64,000 nt of DNA from a bacterium (GTDB taxonomy: Bacteria > Patescibacteriota > Minisyncoccia > Phycocordibacterales > UBA2100): the NCBI GenBank assembly GCA_009924895.1, contig RFQR01000004.1, positions 16,328-80,327 on the forward strand. Reading direction: 5' to 3'. The notes beneath the pieces were generated by a model that had not been told where the DNA came from, did not search any database, and was given only the letters and a program-made list of their open reading frames with translations. Below are positions 19,113-28,482 of the stretch, in pieces (position 1 is the stretch's first letter; every line of letters begins with the position of its first letter). Both the position numbers and the translations under genes were made by a program.

Positions 19113-20054
19113 ATGGACACACTCTCCATATGTTGGCGGGGTATGGCTGGCACGGGGAAAAAAACAGCCCTGCACACGGCACTCAAGAATATTGCTCATA
19201 TACGCGAGATTCCTTTTACAATTCAAATGCGCGGAACAGGGGCTATAGGGGCAACAGGGGATGTCACGGAGGCGGGGGCGACAGAAGAGGGGGCGGATCC
19301 AGAAGATTCTATGGCGGGACAGTTTATGATGGAAACATCCTTTATACATATCGGTCTTGACATTGCTCGTATGTCTATGCAGGATAAGCATATTTTAAGA
19401 CCTATTCTTGCAAATTTGGGCCAGGGTTCGCAAGTAATGGCTGGAAAGCAGGGGCGCGGTTCACGTATTCTTGTTCTGTATCATGCCCATTTATTGAGTT
19501 CCGAATCTGTTCTACTCATACAGGCATGCCTGGAACAGAACGAGGGCGATTTATCTATATGGTTTACATCAGAACTGCCTGTTCCTCAAAGAATACGCGA
19601 TTGGTTTGTAGAAGTTCCTGTGGGAGGGGAGGATGCTGCATTTGAAACATTTCAAACGGCGATACAAGGCACTGCAAGTTGGTCAAGTATATTTACAGCA
19701 ATTATTGATAAATGGCGGCGTTCTCCGCCTCCTAAGATACAGGATGTGAAAGAAGTAAAGGCATTTGTGTATGAAATGTTAATGCGGAACCTACGTTGGG
19801 TGGAGGCTACTCATTTTATACTAGACGTTCTCTTATTGCATCCTGATATTACAGAAATACAGAGGAAGGCTGCGATTGGGGCTTTGGCGACATGTGAGGC
19901 GACAGGGGGTGGATATACAATTCCAAGTTATCGAATCCCTATTATTTGGGAAAGTTTATTTCTTCAACTTCGCACTATTTTTACTAATGCAGTAACAGAT
20001 GTTGCCCCTTCTATTGGGCGAGTTAGTAAGTCATGCAAAAAAACTATGGGATGA
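19113..20054 (+). CDS. Hypothetical protein with degenerate P-loop (GMAGTGKKT); possibly an inactive AAA+/clamp-loader-like protein
   Basis: GTGKKT near the N-terminus. The hydrophobic strand ILVLYHAHLL sits at the Walker-B position but has no acidic residue. Confidence 0.5.
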   Translation: MDTLSICWRGMAGTGKKTALHTALKNIAHIREIPFTIQMRGTGAIGATGDVTEAGATEEGADPEDSMAGQFMMETSFIHIGLDIARMSMQDKHILRPILANLGQGSQVMAGKQGRGSRILVLYHAHLLSSESVLLIQACLEQNEGDLSIWFTSELPVPQRIRDWFVEVPVGGEDAAFETFQTAIQGTASWSSIFTAIIDKWRRSPPPKIQDVKEVKAFVYEMLMRNLRWVEATHFILDVLLLHPDITEIQRKAAIGALATCEATGGGYTIPSYRIPIIWESLFLQLRTIFTNAVTDVAPSIGRVSKSCKKTMG

Positions 20055-20829
20055 ACCCTCCGATTCATGGACCGTCTGTGAGCCTGAAGGGGATGAAATG
20101 TTTTTGGCCGAACAGGAGGCTACTACAGGGGGGCAGTTTGATCGATTGGGATTGAAGAAAAGTATATGGGATGGATATAAAGATGGCACTGTGAGACGAG
20201 TCTGTAAGCGTTTAGGAGGGCTGGCACGTGTCCTAGCTTTTCTGCCAAAAGGGGTGGTAGAGCCTGATTGGGATATGTGGGCAAAAGTGTTTCAGTGGTT
20301 TGGTCCTGCGGCGAATAAGAAACCCTGGAGAGTTACATATTATGCGTCGGAGTGGAAAAGGGGGTTTCCTCAAAAGGGACAGGATTTGGGCGCAGAGCAT
20401 GTGAACGGAGGCTATACCCATGGATGTTCTACGGATGGCATTTATATATATCGTCATGAAGAGCATACGCGTGTATTGATTCATGAAATGATGCATGCAG
20501 CGTGTTTAGACGAACAGGGTTGGTCGATTCCTGAGAGGGAGGCCATGGTGGAAACGTGGGCAGAACTTATATTGATTGCGATTGCATCCAAAGGAACACA
20601 TGTGAAGGCGAAACGTCTATGGGTGGCACAGAGTCATTGGATTGCGGACACGAACTGGAAAGCGAGGCATATAAACAATACGGAGGATTCTACGGATTAT
20701 GCGTGGCGGTATTTGAATGGGCGTGAAAAGATGTATGCACGACTTGGAATAGCATTGCCGGTAGCGAGACCTCACCATAGTAGAAGGGCTACGTCACTGC
20801 GTTTCACGCATCCAATGTTAGAAGTGTAG
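19999..20829 (+). CDS. Putative zinc metallopeptidase (HExxH)
   Basis: VLIHEMMHAACLDEQG. Overlaps the upstream ORF by 56 nt, so the real start may be an internal Met (about 20098). Confidence 0.5.
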   Translation: MLPLLLGELVSHAKKLWDEPSDSWTVCEPEGDEMFLAEQEATTGGQFDRLGLKKSIWDGYKDGTVRRVCKRLGGLARVLAFLPKGVVEPDWDMWAKVFQWFGPAANKKPWRVTYYASEWKRGFPQKGQDLGAEHVNGGYTHGCSTDGIYIYRHEEHTRVLIHEMMHAACLDEQGWSIPEREAMVETWAELILIAIASKGTHVKAKRLWVAQSHWIADTNWKARHINNTEDSTDYAWRYLNGREKMYARLGIALPVARPHHSRRATSLRFTHPMLEV

Positions 20830-20859
20830 GTATCATAAAATAGAATTAATATATAAAGA

Positions 20860-21081
20860 ATGCAGACTCACTGCAATAAACGTTTACATTCTCATGTAAC
20901 ATGTGGTGATATAAACGGAGAAGTTGCAGCTGTGAATGGAATCGACCTACGGCTAAAAAATGGCAATTCGTGGATACCTTGTCGCAGCTGCCACCTTAGC
21001 AGGAAAGGTGGCAGTCGCGGCAGACGTACCCGGCACATGCGTCCAAAGAAGCGCAAGGGCACGTATCACAGGCGTCGTTAA
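20860..21081 (+). CDS. Small Cys/His-containing protein with poly-basic tail (73 aa)
   Basis: HCNKRLHSHVTC...CRSCH, then GSRGRRTRHMRPKKRKGTYHRRR. Confidence 0.35.
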   Translation: MQTHCNKRLHSHVTCGDINGEVAAVNGIDLRLKNGNSWIPCRSCHLSRKGGSRGRRTRHMRPKKRKGTYHRRR

Positions 21082-21108
21082 CCATCTAAACCTATCGTAT
21101 TATACTAA

Positions 21109-21330
<222 letters not shown>

Positions 21331-21367
21331 AATTGCCTTTCAATACCTCCTAGCCCCCTATTACGAA

Positions 21368-22267
21368 ATGGGTGTGAAAGGGTTGTATTCATATTTACGA
21401 GGATATCGGCATACTATTGTAACGCACACACTCCCTAGAGAGCCTAAACTTCGCATCGGGTTCGATGCAATGTCTATGCTTTATACGTATAAATCCGATT
21501 ATATGGAGATATACCCGAGCTTGAAAGAACTACAAGAAAAGGGTCACACCCTCGTCTTTATCTTAGATGGTAAGTCGCCTGTCGAAAAAGAGGTGGAAGT
21601 GAAAGAAAGAAGAACTGCGCGTGATACCGCTACACAGCAAGCCACCGTATTAAAAGAACAGCTTGCAACAGCGACACTTACACAGAAGGAGCGAGAGATT
21701 ATAGAGTATTCTGTGGCACGCCTGGAATATCAAGGATGGCATATAACATATGAGATTCGACAGGCATTTCAAAAAACCCTTACGGACATGGGTATTCGAT
21801 TTGTGAAGGCTATACACGAGGCGGATGATGTTCTTACAGATTTAGCAGCGGCACAGAAACTGGATATAGTTGTCAGCACAGACATGGACTTTCTCTTATC
21901 AGGAGTTCCACGTCTATGGATTCCCTTTCGCAGATCATATAATGGATTTGAAGAAATACTACTTTCCGAGGTGCTTCAAGGAGAAGGAATCGAACAGGCG
22001 GGACTCTTAGACGCAGGAATATTGTGTGGTGTAGAACCCCTCCGAGGACGTATACATATAGCTGCACATACGGCGTTTAGTTGGATGCGATATTATACAA
22101 ATATAGAAACACTTCTGCAAAGTAATGTGAAAGATACGAGCCTTGATATATTCATGGATGCCGTCCTCTTAGAAAGTGTCCGAAAGCATTTTCAGGCACA
22201 TCCGTGGGAATCGAGAATTCGCCCAGATCATCTAAATGAATGTAAAAGCTTTCTTGAGGCACTTTAG
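21368..22267 (+). CDS. FEN1/XPG-family flap endonuclease (5'-3' exonuclease)
   Basis: N-terminal MGVKGL, then FILDGKSPVEKE (N domain), then EADDVLTDLAAAQKLDIVVSTDMDFLLSGVPRLW (I domain). Confidence 0.85.
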   Translation: MGVKGLYSYLRGYRHTIVTHTLPREPKLRIGFDAMSMLYTYKSDYMEIYPSLKELQEKGHTLVFILDGKSPVEKEVEVKERRTARDTATQQATVLKEQLATATLTQKEREIIEYSVARLEYQGWHITYEIRQAFQKTLTDMGIRFVKAIHEADDVLTDLAAAQKLDIVVSTDMDFLLSGVPRLWIPFRRSYNGFEEILLSEVLQGEGIEQAGLLDAGILCGVEPLRGRIHIAAHTAFSWMRYYTNIETLLQSNVKDTSLDIFMDAVLLESVRKHFQAHPWESRIRPDHLNECKSFLEAL

Positions 22268-22272
22268 AAGGG

Positions 22273-23586
22273 ATGGCATATGGCATTCTATTTGCTGCAG
22301 TTATACTTGCATCCATTGCAGTTATATACTTTTTTGTGTTAGAGGGATTTCAAGCACTCCCTGCATATACACAATCCAATATGGAAGATACATGTAAAGC
22401 ACTTACGAGTTGTAGTAAATGCCTTGCAAATAAGGATTGTGGATGGGCGGTTGATTATGCGGGTCCGGTAAAAGGACTTCCTGGTGTCGCAGATGGAACT
22501 ATTCTGGCATGTATTCCAAGTCAATCAGGGAAGCCATATGTAACACCTAACTTACAAAACTGGATGGTATTACGGGATGGTACAAAACAACTTACGAATT
22601 TTATAAGCGATCTTGCAAAATGCACGGATATAACATGCACATCTTTTACATCGTGTGCAACATGTGCATTTTATAATACATGCGCATGGCAACAAACAAA
22701 TGCCCCCGACGGAACCTTACAACAATCGTGTATAAATACTGGATCCGGTTCTGGATCTGGTTCTGGTTCTGGATCTGGTTCTGGATCTGCTATAGATACC
22801 AACGTGAATACTATTACAAGTGTGAGTATGTGCCCTCCTCCACAATGCAAGGACCTTACAGACTGTGTGACATGTGCAAATACAACAGGATGTGGCTTTT
22901 GCACGAACTCTGGAAAATGTATGAAACAGTCCGAGTTTGGTTCAGGCTCAAATCAATGTGACCCAAAGGCTCAAATAACGCTTCCTGTGAAATGTCCATG
23001 TAATGTTATTACAGATTGTGCAAGTTGTGCCAATAGAACGGGGTGTGGATTTTGTAAGACAAATAAACTATGTGTGAATTTGAATGCGATGGGGTTGCCT
23101 CCCATGGGGACTTGCACACCGGAGGACGTTTTAACAAATGGGTCTCAATGTAGTCCTGGTAATGATATAAAACCGGATGGTACAGGACTTGATACACGAA
23201 CGGCGCCGAATCCTACACAAGCGGATATTGATGCAGCGGCGACTTCTGGAAACTTGGCGGTAGGAGGGGATATGACTCTTCAGACAAATGCAGTGAGGCC
23301 TGAAAGAACACCTGTGAGTTCTTCTGTATCATATCCACTGATAACAGCCCCAGGAGTTGCTCGAAGAGTTGGTGCAAGTTCAGTTCCAGCTACAGTGCGG
23401 CCTGGAACAGAAATGGCTTCACCTTTAGAGTCCTATGTAAAGATGCTTGTAAACTCACAGCTTGCTGCACAAGGTATTCCAACAAATGAGCCATTCCAAG
23501 TAAATGAATCTACTGCTATTCCAAATGCAACTGATTATTTGAAAAAGATATTTCGTGGCGTCTTTTCAGAATCTACGAGGTTCTGA
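22273..23586 (+). CDS. Cys-rich membrane/secreted glycoprotein with repeated PSI/plexin-like CxxCxxxxxCGWC modules and a (GS)n linker
   Basis: N-terminal TM helix. Repeats TSCSKCLANKDCGW, TSCATCAFYNTCAW, TDCVTCANTTGCGFC, TDCASCANRTGCGFC. GSGSGSGSGSGSGSGS at nt 22741-22790. Confidence 0.7.
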   Translation: MAYGILFAAVILASIAVIYFFVLEGFQALPAYTQSNMEDTCKALTSCSKCLANKDCGWAVDYAGPVKGLPGVADGTILACIPSQSGKPYVTPNLQNWMVLRDGTKQLTNFISDLAKCTDITCTSFTSCATCAFYNTCAWQQTNAPDGTLQQSCINTGSGSGSGSGSGSGSGSAIDTNVNTITSVSMCPPPQCKDLTDCVTCANTTGCGFCTNSGKCMKQSEFGSGSNQCDPKAQITLPVKCPCNVITDCASCANRTGCGFCKTNKLCVNLNAMGLPPMGTCTPEDVLTNGSQCSPGNDIKPDGTGLDTRTAPNPTQADIDAAATSGNLAVGGDMTLQTNAVRPERTPVSSSVSYPLITAPGVARRVGASSVPATVRPGTEMASPLESYVKMLVNSQLAAQGIPTNEPFQVNESTAIPNATDYLKKIFRGVFSESTRF

Positions 23587-23591
23587 AAAAA

Positions 23592-23684
23592 TAGCGGGAC
23601 CTAGTTTCGATCTAGGGACCTATGGGTTACTGGGAGACCAAGGCATCCTATGAGCCCATCGCAATTCCTCTTTGCTATCCCGCT
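23592..23684 (-). tRNA. tRNA-Met (CAU) with eukaryotic initiator-like features and a 21-nt intron after position 37
   Basis: Minus strand folds as AGCGGGA-TA-GCAA-AGAGGAA-TTGC-G-ATGGG-CTCATA[GGATGCCTTGGTCTCCCAGTA]A-CCCAT-AGGTC-CCTAG-ATCGAAA-CTAGG-TCCCGCT-A. It has an A1:U72 pair and three consecutive G:C pairs closing the anticodon stem. The T-loop is AUCGAAA (A54, A60) and the discriminator is A73. Exons total 72 nt. Confidence 0.7.
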
Positions 23685-23711
23685 TTTGAGATACTATGAG
23701 TGTCTCAAAAG

Positions 23712-23785
23712 CGGCCCAAGAGGGAGTTGAACCCTCGATCTTTCGGTTAACAGCCGAATGCTCTAACCAACTGAGCTATCGGGCC
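23712..23785 (-). tRNA. tRNA-Asn (GUU), eukaryote-type
   Basis: Minus strand GGCCCGATAGCTCAGTTGGTTAGAGCATTCGGCTGTTAACCGAAAGATCGAGGGTTCAACTCCCTCTTGGGCCG forms a 74-nt cloverleaf. The anticodon arm TTCGGCTGTTAACCGAA is identical to animal tRNA-Asn. A T-run follows the 3' end. Confidence 0.9.
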
Positions 23786-23842
23786 ACGAAGAGCCTTTCA
23801 GTCGCTTTGTGGTTCGATATCAAAGGGATTTTCACCTCTGAA

Positions 23843-24163
<321 letters not shown>

Positions 24164-24204
24164 TTATGTATATCTAGAAAAAATGTGTGTATCACTTATA
24201 CACT

Positions 24205-24951
24205 TTATGCGCTGGGGGGAGCGGCCTTCACATAGTGACGATTCAGGTAGCGCTGGAGATTGAAGTAGGTCAGGGGCTCACCCTCACCAATCGCCAACAG
24301 CTTCTTGAGGGCCGCGTCGGGCTTGATATCGTGCTTGTTCTTCAAGTTGTTCTCCTTGACGTAGTTGTTCACGCCCTTGGTGACCTCTGAGCGGCTCATA
24401 AGGGTGCTGTTGGGCTTGCCAAGGAACTTGCAGAGCTCATCCGTCACCTTTGTGGGGATCTCAAAGATGCTGAGCTTGCGAGGCTTCTCCTCACCGCCCT
24501 CCTCGGTCTTGGAGCGGCGCTTGCGCTTGCGAGCATCCTTAATCTCACGGTGAACACGCTTCTCCAGCTTCTTCACCTGAGATAGCATAGCAGACACAGT
24601 CTCCTTGAGAGTATTCAAGTTACCAGTAACGGCCTTGAGGTCCTCATCCAGGGTGGTGGTGGGAACAACCGGGGCAGCAACGGGAGCCACCTCAACAGGG
24701 GTGGAGGTCACAACAGTGTTTGCAGCGGCCTTCGCGGCCTTGCCCTTTGCAGCGGGCTTAGGGGTCTCCACAACAGGGACGGAGACGGACACGGGGGCGG
24801 GGGCGGCAGCCTCCTTCTTCGCAACGGCCTTGACGGGCTTGGCAGTCTTGGAGGCAGCAGGGGAGTTCATTTGTATACCGGAGGATAAGGAAGTATTAGA
24901 GGGCATAATACGCAGGTTTCTAGATGCTTTGTTGATATACCGGGTCATCAA
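24205..24951 (-). CDS. SWIB/MDM2-domain protein with histone H1-like Ala/Lys/Pro-rich N-terminal half
   Basis: The C-terminus LCKFLGKPNSTLMSRSEVTKGVNNYVKENNLKNKHDIKPDAALKKLL fits the SWIB consensus. The N-terminus is AKPVKAVAKKEAAAPAPV...KPAAKGKAAKAAA. Confidence 0.85.
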   Translation of the reverse strand: MMTRYINKASRNLRIMPSNTSLSSGIQMNSPAASKTAKPVKAVAKKEAAAPAPVSVSVPVVETPKPAAKGKAAKAAANTVVTSTPVEVAPVAAPVVPTTTLDEDLKAVTGNLNTLKETVSAMLSQVKKLEKRVHREIKDARKRKRRSKTEEGGEEKPRKLSIFEIPTKVTDELCKFLGKPNSTLMSRSEVTKGVNNYVKENNLKNKHDIKPDAALKKLLAIGEGEPLTYFNLQRYLNRHYVKAAPPSA

Positions 24952-25100
24952 TTTTGGAAAGCTGAGCTCCTATTTTTTTATACCGGAAGGCAATTCTCCT
25001 TTTTCTTTTTGAAACAACCGGGATGTCCGTCGTATTCATGTTGAACTGCGGTTTTTCAGGAAGAATCTGGAAACCGGGGCCTGGCTAAATCCCGTTCCCA

Positions 25101-26075
25101 GTGGTAGAGATGGAACCCGGTGTAGCACGTGAGTTTCGTAAATGTCATAATGTTAAAAGTCGTGCAAATCCAAACATACAATGCTCATTTCCAGCAACGC
25201 AAGGAGATTACTGTTCTCGCCATTTCAAAAATCCAAATCCTTTCAAATCAAAAATGAAACACATAGACTTATCTAGAATATACACTCGATCGGAACATAT
25301 ATTCATCAAAAAAATTCAAACACTCTGGAGGCGAGTGGCGCCTTTGAGGCGATATCGTCAACAGGGTCCTGCCGTAAATGCAATGGAACTTGCTACAAAT
25401 ACCACCGAGCTGTATTCATTGGACCCCCTTCACACAATCCCAAAGGCATATTTTATGAGTTTTGCAGATGAATCAAAGGTTATTTGGGCGTTTGATATTC
25501 GAACTCTTGTGCATTCGATGGCTACCGGATTTGCATCACAAAATCCATACAATCGGACAGAGTTTACTCAACACGCAAAAGACAGAATTTATGCACGTAT
25601 TGCATGGCTTCGCGAAAGAAAGTATACTATTTTACATATTACGACAGACATTTTAACGCCCCAACAAGCATGGAATCAGTCGGTATTGGATATTTTTTTG
25701 AAAATAGAGGCATTAGGATATTATGTGAGCTGCGAGTGGTTTCATGCAATGAACTCGTTTGATCATTTGAGATTCTATAAACATTTATTATATTTATGGG
25801 ACACACGATTAGAGCTTTCACGTGCCCAGAAAGAACTGATCGTTCCTGGGCACGTGTCTGGAGGACAGCGCATCTTTCGTTTTGATCCTGCAGATCTTTT
25901 TGACAAAACACGAGCGTGGTGGGAAAAGAAGAACTTGGCACTCATAGAAGCATTTGTTACAAGGGCTCAAGATAAAGAACACAAAAAGCTGGGAGCCATG
26001 TATGTGCTCATGGCTTTAGTGCAAGCATCTACAGCGGCAGCGAGAGCGCTTCCTTGGGTTGTGGAAATGCTTTAA
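25101..26075 (+). CDS. Hypothetical protein (324 aa)
   Basis: Long ORF with Cys/His-containing N-terminus (KCHNVKSRANPNIQCSFPATQGDYCSRHF). No motif I can name. Confidence 0.6.
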   Translation: MVEMEPGVAREFRKCHNVKSRANPNIQCSFPATQGDYCSRHFKNPNPFKSKMKHIDLSRIYTRSEHIFIKKIQTLWRRVAPLRRYRQQGPAVNAMELATNTTELYSLDPLHTIPKAYFMSFADESKVIWAFDIRTLVHSMATGFASQNPYNRTEFTQHAKDRIYARIAWLRERKYTILHITTDILTPQQAWNQSVLDIFLKIEALGYYVSCEWFHAMNSFDHLRFYKHLLYLWDTRLELSRAQKELIVPGHVSGGQRIFRFDPADLFDKTRAWWEKKNLALIEAFVTRAQDKEHKKLGAMYVLMALVQASTAAARALPWVVEML

Positions 26076-26088
26076 ACCCACGCTACCG

Positions 26089-26637
26089 TTAAAAATCTTC
26101 ATGTTTGGCCCCCCAAGCTACCGCAATCCCTAAAATATCTTTGATAGGAGCATTTATTACAATCACAGGCAACGACGTAGTAGGTCGTTCCGTGCGATAT
26201 GCAGCCCATCGATGATGCCCGTCCACAATATAGTTGTCTTTTGAAATAACAAGTGGAACCATCACTTTTGTAAAAATGGAATCGGGTTCTTTCACAAGAT
26301 TCTTAATGATTTTCTTATTGATTTCACTTTGAGATGGATGTAACTGTAATGCCGTGCGTTTTCCTTTCATGCTAGAAATATTATATACTTTTTTAATAAA
26401 CTTCCGAAAATGCTGCACATCTCCTTTTGTTTGAAACTGAGGCATATATTTCCGTCGAATACCGAGATCCCCAGCACATAAATGTTGTTTTGCTACACAT
26501 AAATCTTCATCTTTGGTGTGTCGGGGTTTTTTATACGTAAGTTTACGCACCCATTTTTTATATACATGTTTCCGCGTCCAGGGTTTTTCAGGATCTTCTT
26601 TTGGGAATGTTCGACTCACTTTTCGAGTGCGACTCAT
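26089..26637 (-). CDS. ParB-like nuclease domain (ParB/Srx fold) protein
   Basis: KDNYIVDGHHRWAAY carries the DGHHR signature. Basic N-terminus. Its ATG directly abuts the stop of the upstream GT4 gene (TAGATG). Confidence 0.7.
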   Translation of the reverse strand: MSRTRKVSRTFPKEDPEKPWTRKHVYKKWVRKLTYKKPRHTKDEDLCVAKQHLCAGDLGIRRKYMPQFQTKGDVQHFRKFIKKVYNISSMKGKRTALQLHPSQSEINKKIIKNLVKEPDSIFTKVMVPLVISKDNYIVDGHHRWAAYRTERPTTSLPVIVINAPIKDILGIAVAWGAKHEDF

Positions 26638-27870
26638 CTAGTTATTACACGGATATTCTCTCTTCAGCCAATCGAGGTCTTTACGATTATTATTCTCTTG
26701 ATAAAACCCCTTTCCTGTGAAAATGGGTATCAGAGATGCAAAATATTCCTCATACATGGGTGCAATATGGTCAAATGAAAAGTTTTTTTCTGCAAACTCA
26801 CGACATTTACGCCTATCAATCTTATGCACATTTTTTGCAGCCCATACGAACTGGTCCATATTACGGCATCGATACCCAGTTACGCCATGTATATTATTCT
26901 CCGCAAATCCCCCCCAATCGGATGTAATAATAGGTGTTCCACATAAAAGTGCCTCAATCGTTACACCTCCGAATGGCTCATTATAGTGTGTAGGCGCAAG
27001 TAGGGCTAATGCCCCACGTAACATGACATCGCGTTCGTGCGGTTCCAGATATCCTACAAGTTCCACTTCGGGGGGTGGCTCAAATCCCACATTCGCTTTA
27101 AAGTCACCTTGTCCCGCTACCTTTAGTTTCATTCCTGTCCGTTTTGCAATTTCCACTGCAATCCCAATCCCCTTTGATTCAATGATACGACCCAAATACA
27201 TAAAATAACTTCCGGGTGTTGGACTAAACTCAAAGTCTTCGAGATCGAAATAGTTTGGAATCACAGCATCTGTCCATTTCGGCTGCCACTTTTCTTGCCC
27301 ATATACATAGTTCATAACGGAATATGATTCATAAATACTAAAAGGTGTAGAGGGTGTATTAAAACATCCAATACCGGGCTCTACACAAATCATATCAGGA
27401 TGTGCTTTGGCTACATCTGCATGTCCAATCCCCCAAAAACATAATAGAATATCGAGGTGTTGCTTTCGTTTGCCAACTTCAATAATCGCACGTTCATTAT
27501 ATACTTTATTACAGTTATCGGATGTATTATGACGAAACAACTCTTTCTTCCAATCATAGTGACCATATGTGTCTTGAAAAAGTTGGTTATCCGTGATAGA
27601 TACTTGTTCCGTGCATTCAATATCAGACTCGTTATGACCATAATGAATGACGGTATGGCCACGTCGAAACATCATTTTACCAAACTTAAGTGCTTTTTGT
27701 GTAAATGCACATGCGCTGTAATCTTTTCGTGTCACTGTGTGCGGAACGGCAAGAATATGAAACCGGAATTTTTTCTCAGGGGGGGGTTTCATAGATAAGA
27801 CAGACCGATGTTTTCGTGTCTTTCGTGGATGCATTTTTTTTATATTTCTTGAGACTCCTTTTGAAGACAT
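26638..27870 (-). CDS. Glycosyltransferase, GT4-like (GT-B fold)
   Basis: EPFGGVTIEALLCGTPIITSDWGGFAENNIHGVTGY is the E-x7-E nucleotide-sugar binding motif. Confidence 0.85.
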   Translation of the reverse strand: MSSKGVSRNIKKMHPRKTRKHRSVLSMKPPPEKKFRFHILAVPHTVTRKDYSACAFTQKALKFGKMMFRRGHTVIHYGHNESDIECTEQVSITDNQLFQDTYGHYDWKKELFRHNTSDNCNKVYNERAIIEVGKRKQHLDILLCFWGIGHADVAKAHPDMICVEPGIGCFNTPSTPFSIYESYSVMNYVYGQEKWQPKWTDAVIPNYFDLEDFEFSPTPGSYFMYLGRIIESKGIGIAVEIAKRTGMKLKVAGQGDFKANVGFEPPPEVELVGYLEPHERDVMLRGALALLAPTHYNEPFGGVTIEALLCGTPIITSDWGGFAENNIHGVTGYRCRNMDQFVWAAKNVHKIDRRKCREFAEKNFSFDHIAPMYEEYFASLIPIFTGKGFYQENNNRKDLDWLKREYPCNN

Positions 27871-27931
27871 ATCTTCCTTCTATCGTGATGTGCTAAAATT
27901 AAGAACCCCTTGTGGCGTTTCTTACCAGCCA

Positions 27932-28432
27932 TTAAGCGCTTGGTGTGCGATTAATGTTCATACTGCAACCAGGCCCATTTGAAACAAACGGGGGGAAATA
28001 CACACGATTACCGGGATCTGTGCAAGGTGCCACATACATTGTAGATAAGTTTTGTTGTGTAAAGGGGGGTGCGTTGTAGTTAATACAGGGCGTAGGAAGA
28101 ACAATTTGTGATATCACTCCCGTATCCCCTGGTTTATTTGTTGAACATGGGGCGTTGAAAGCGGATGCTTGAGCTGCTTGTAAGACGCCTATATATTCAC
28201 CATTTGTTCCTTTTCCACATATAGTTGCTTGACCCGAGCATGCATCGCGTGTGGATATAGATGACACTCGACCAGGTGTAGGAATACCCGATGCTTTTGC
28301 CTGATTCACCATTGTTAAGAGGGAAGCATCTACACACCGGTTTCTTGCCACATATTTTGTGGCCTGTTCTTGTTGATATCGTAGAAGTTCTGACTGTGAC
28401 AATACCATCTTGATTCTACACGGCTGGCGCAA
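27932..28432 (-). CDS. Hypothetical Cys-containing protein (166 aa)
   Basis: ORF only. Confidence 0.5.
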   Translation of the reverse strand: MRQPCRIKMVLSQSELLRYQQEQATKYVARNRCVDASLLTMVNQAKASGIPTPGRVSSISTRDACSGQATICGKGTNGEYIGVLQAAQASAFNAPCSTNKPGDTGVISQIVLPTPCINYNAPPFTQQNLSTMYVAPCTDPGNRVYFPPFVSNGPGCSMNINRTPSA

Positions 28433-28482
28433 AAAAAAACGGGCCGTCGCGTCAGCCTAAAATTGACGCCCCACTCCCCCCT

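Noticed and set aside
23786-23842. Third tRNA suggested by a GGTTCGAT T-loop-like string
   Set aside because: No acceptor, D or anticodon arms can be paired around it. Only the two tRNAs at 23592..23785 fold as cloverleaves.
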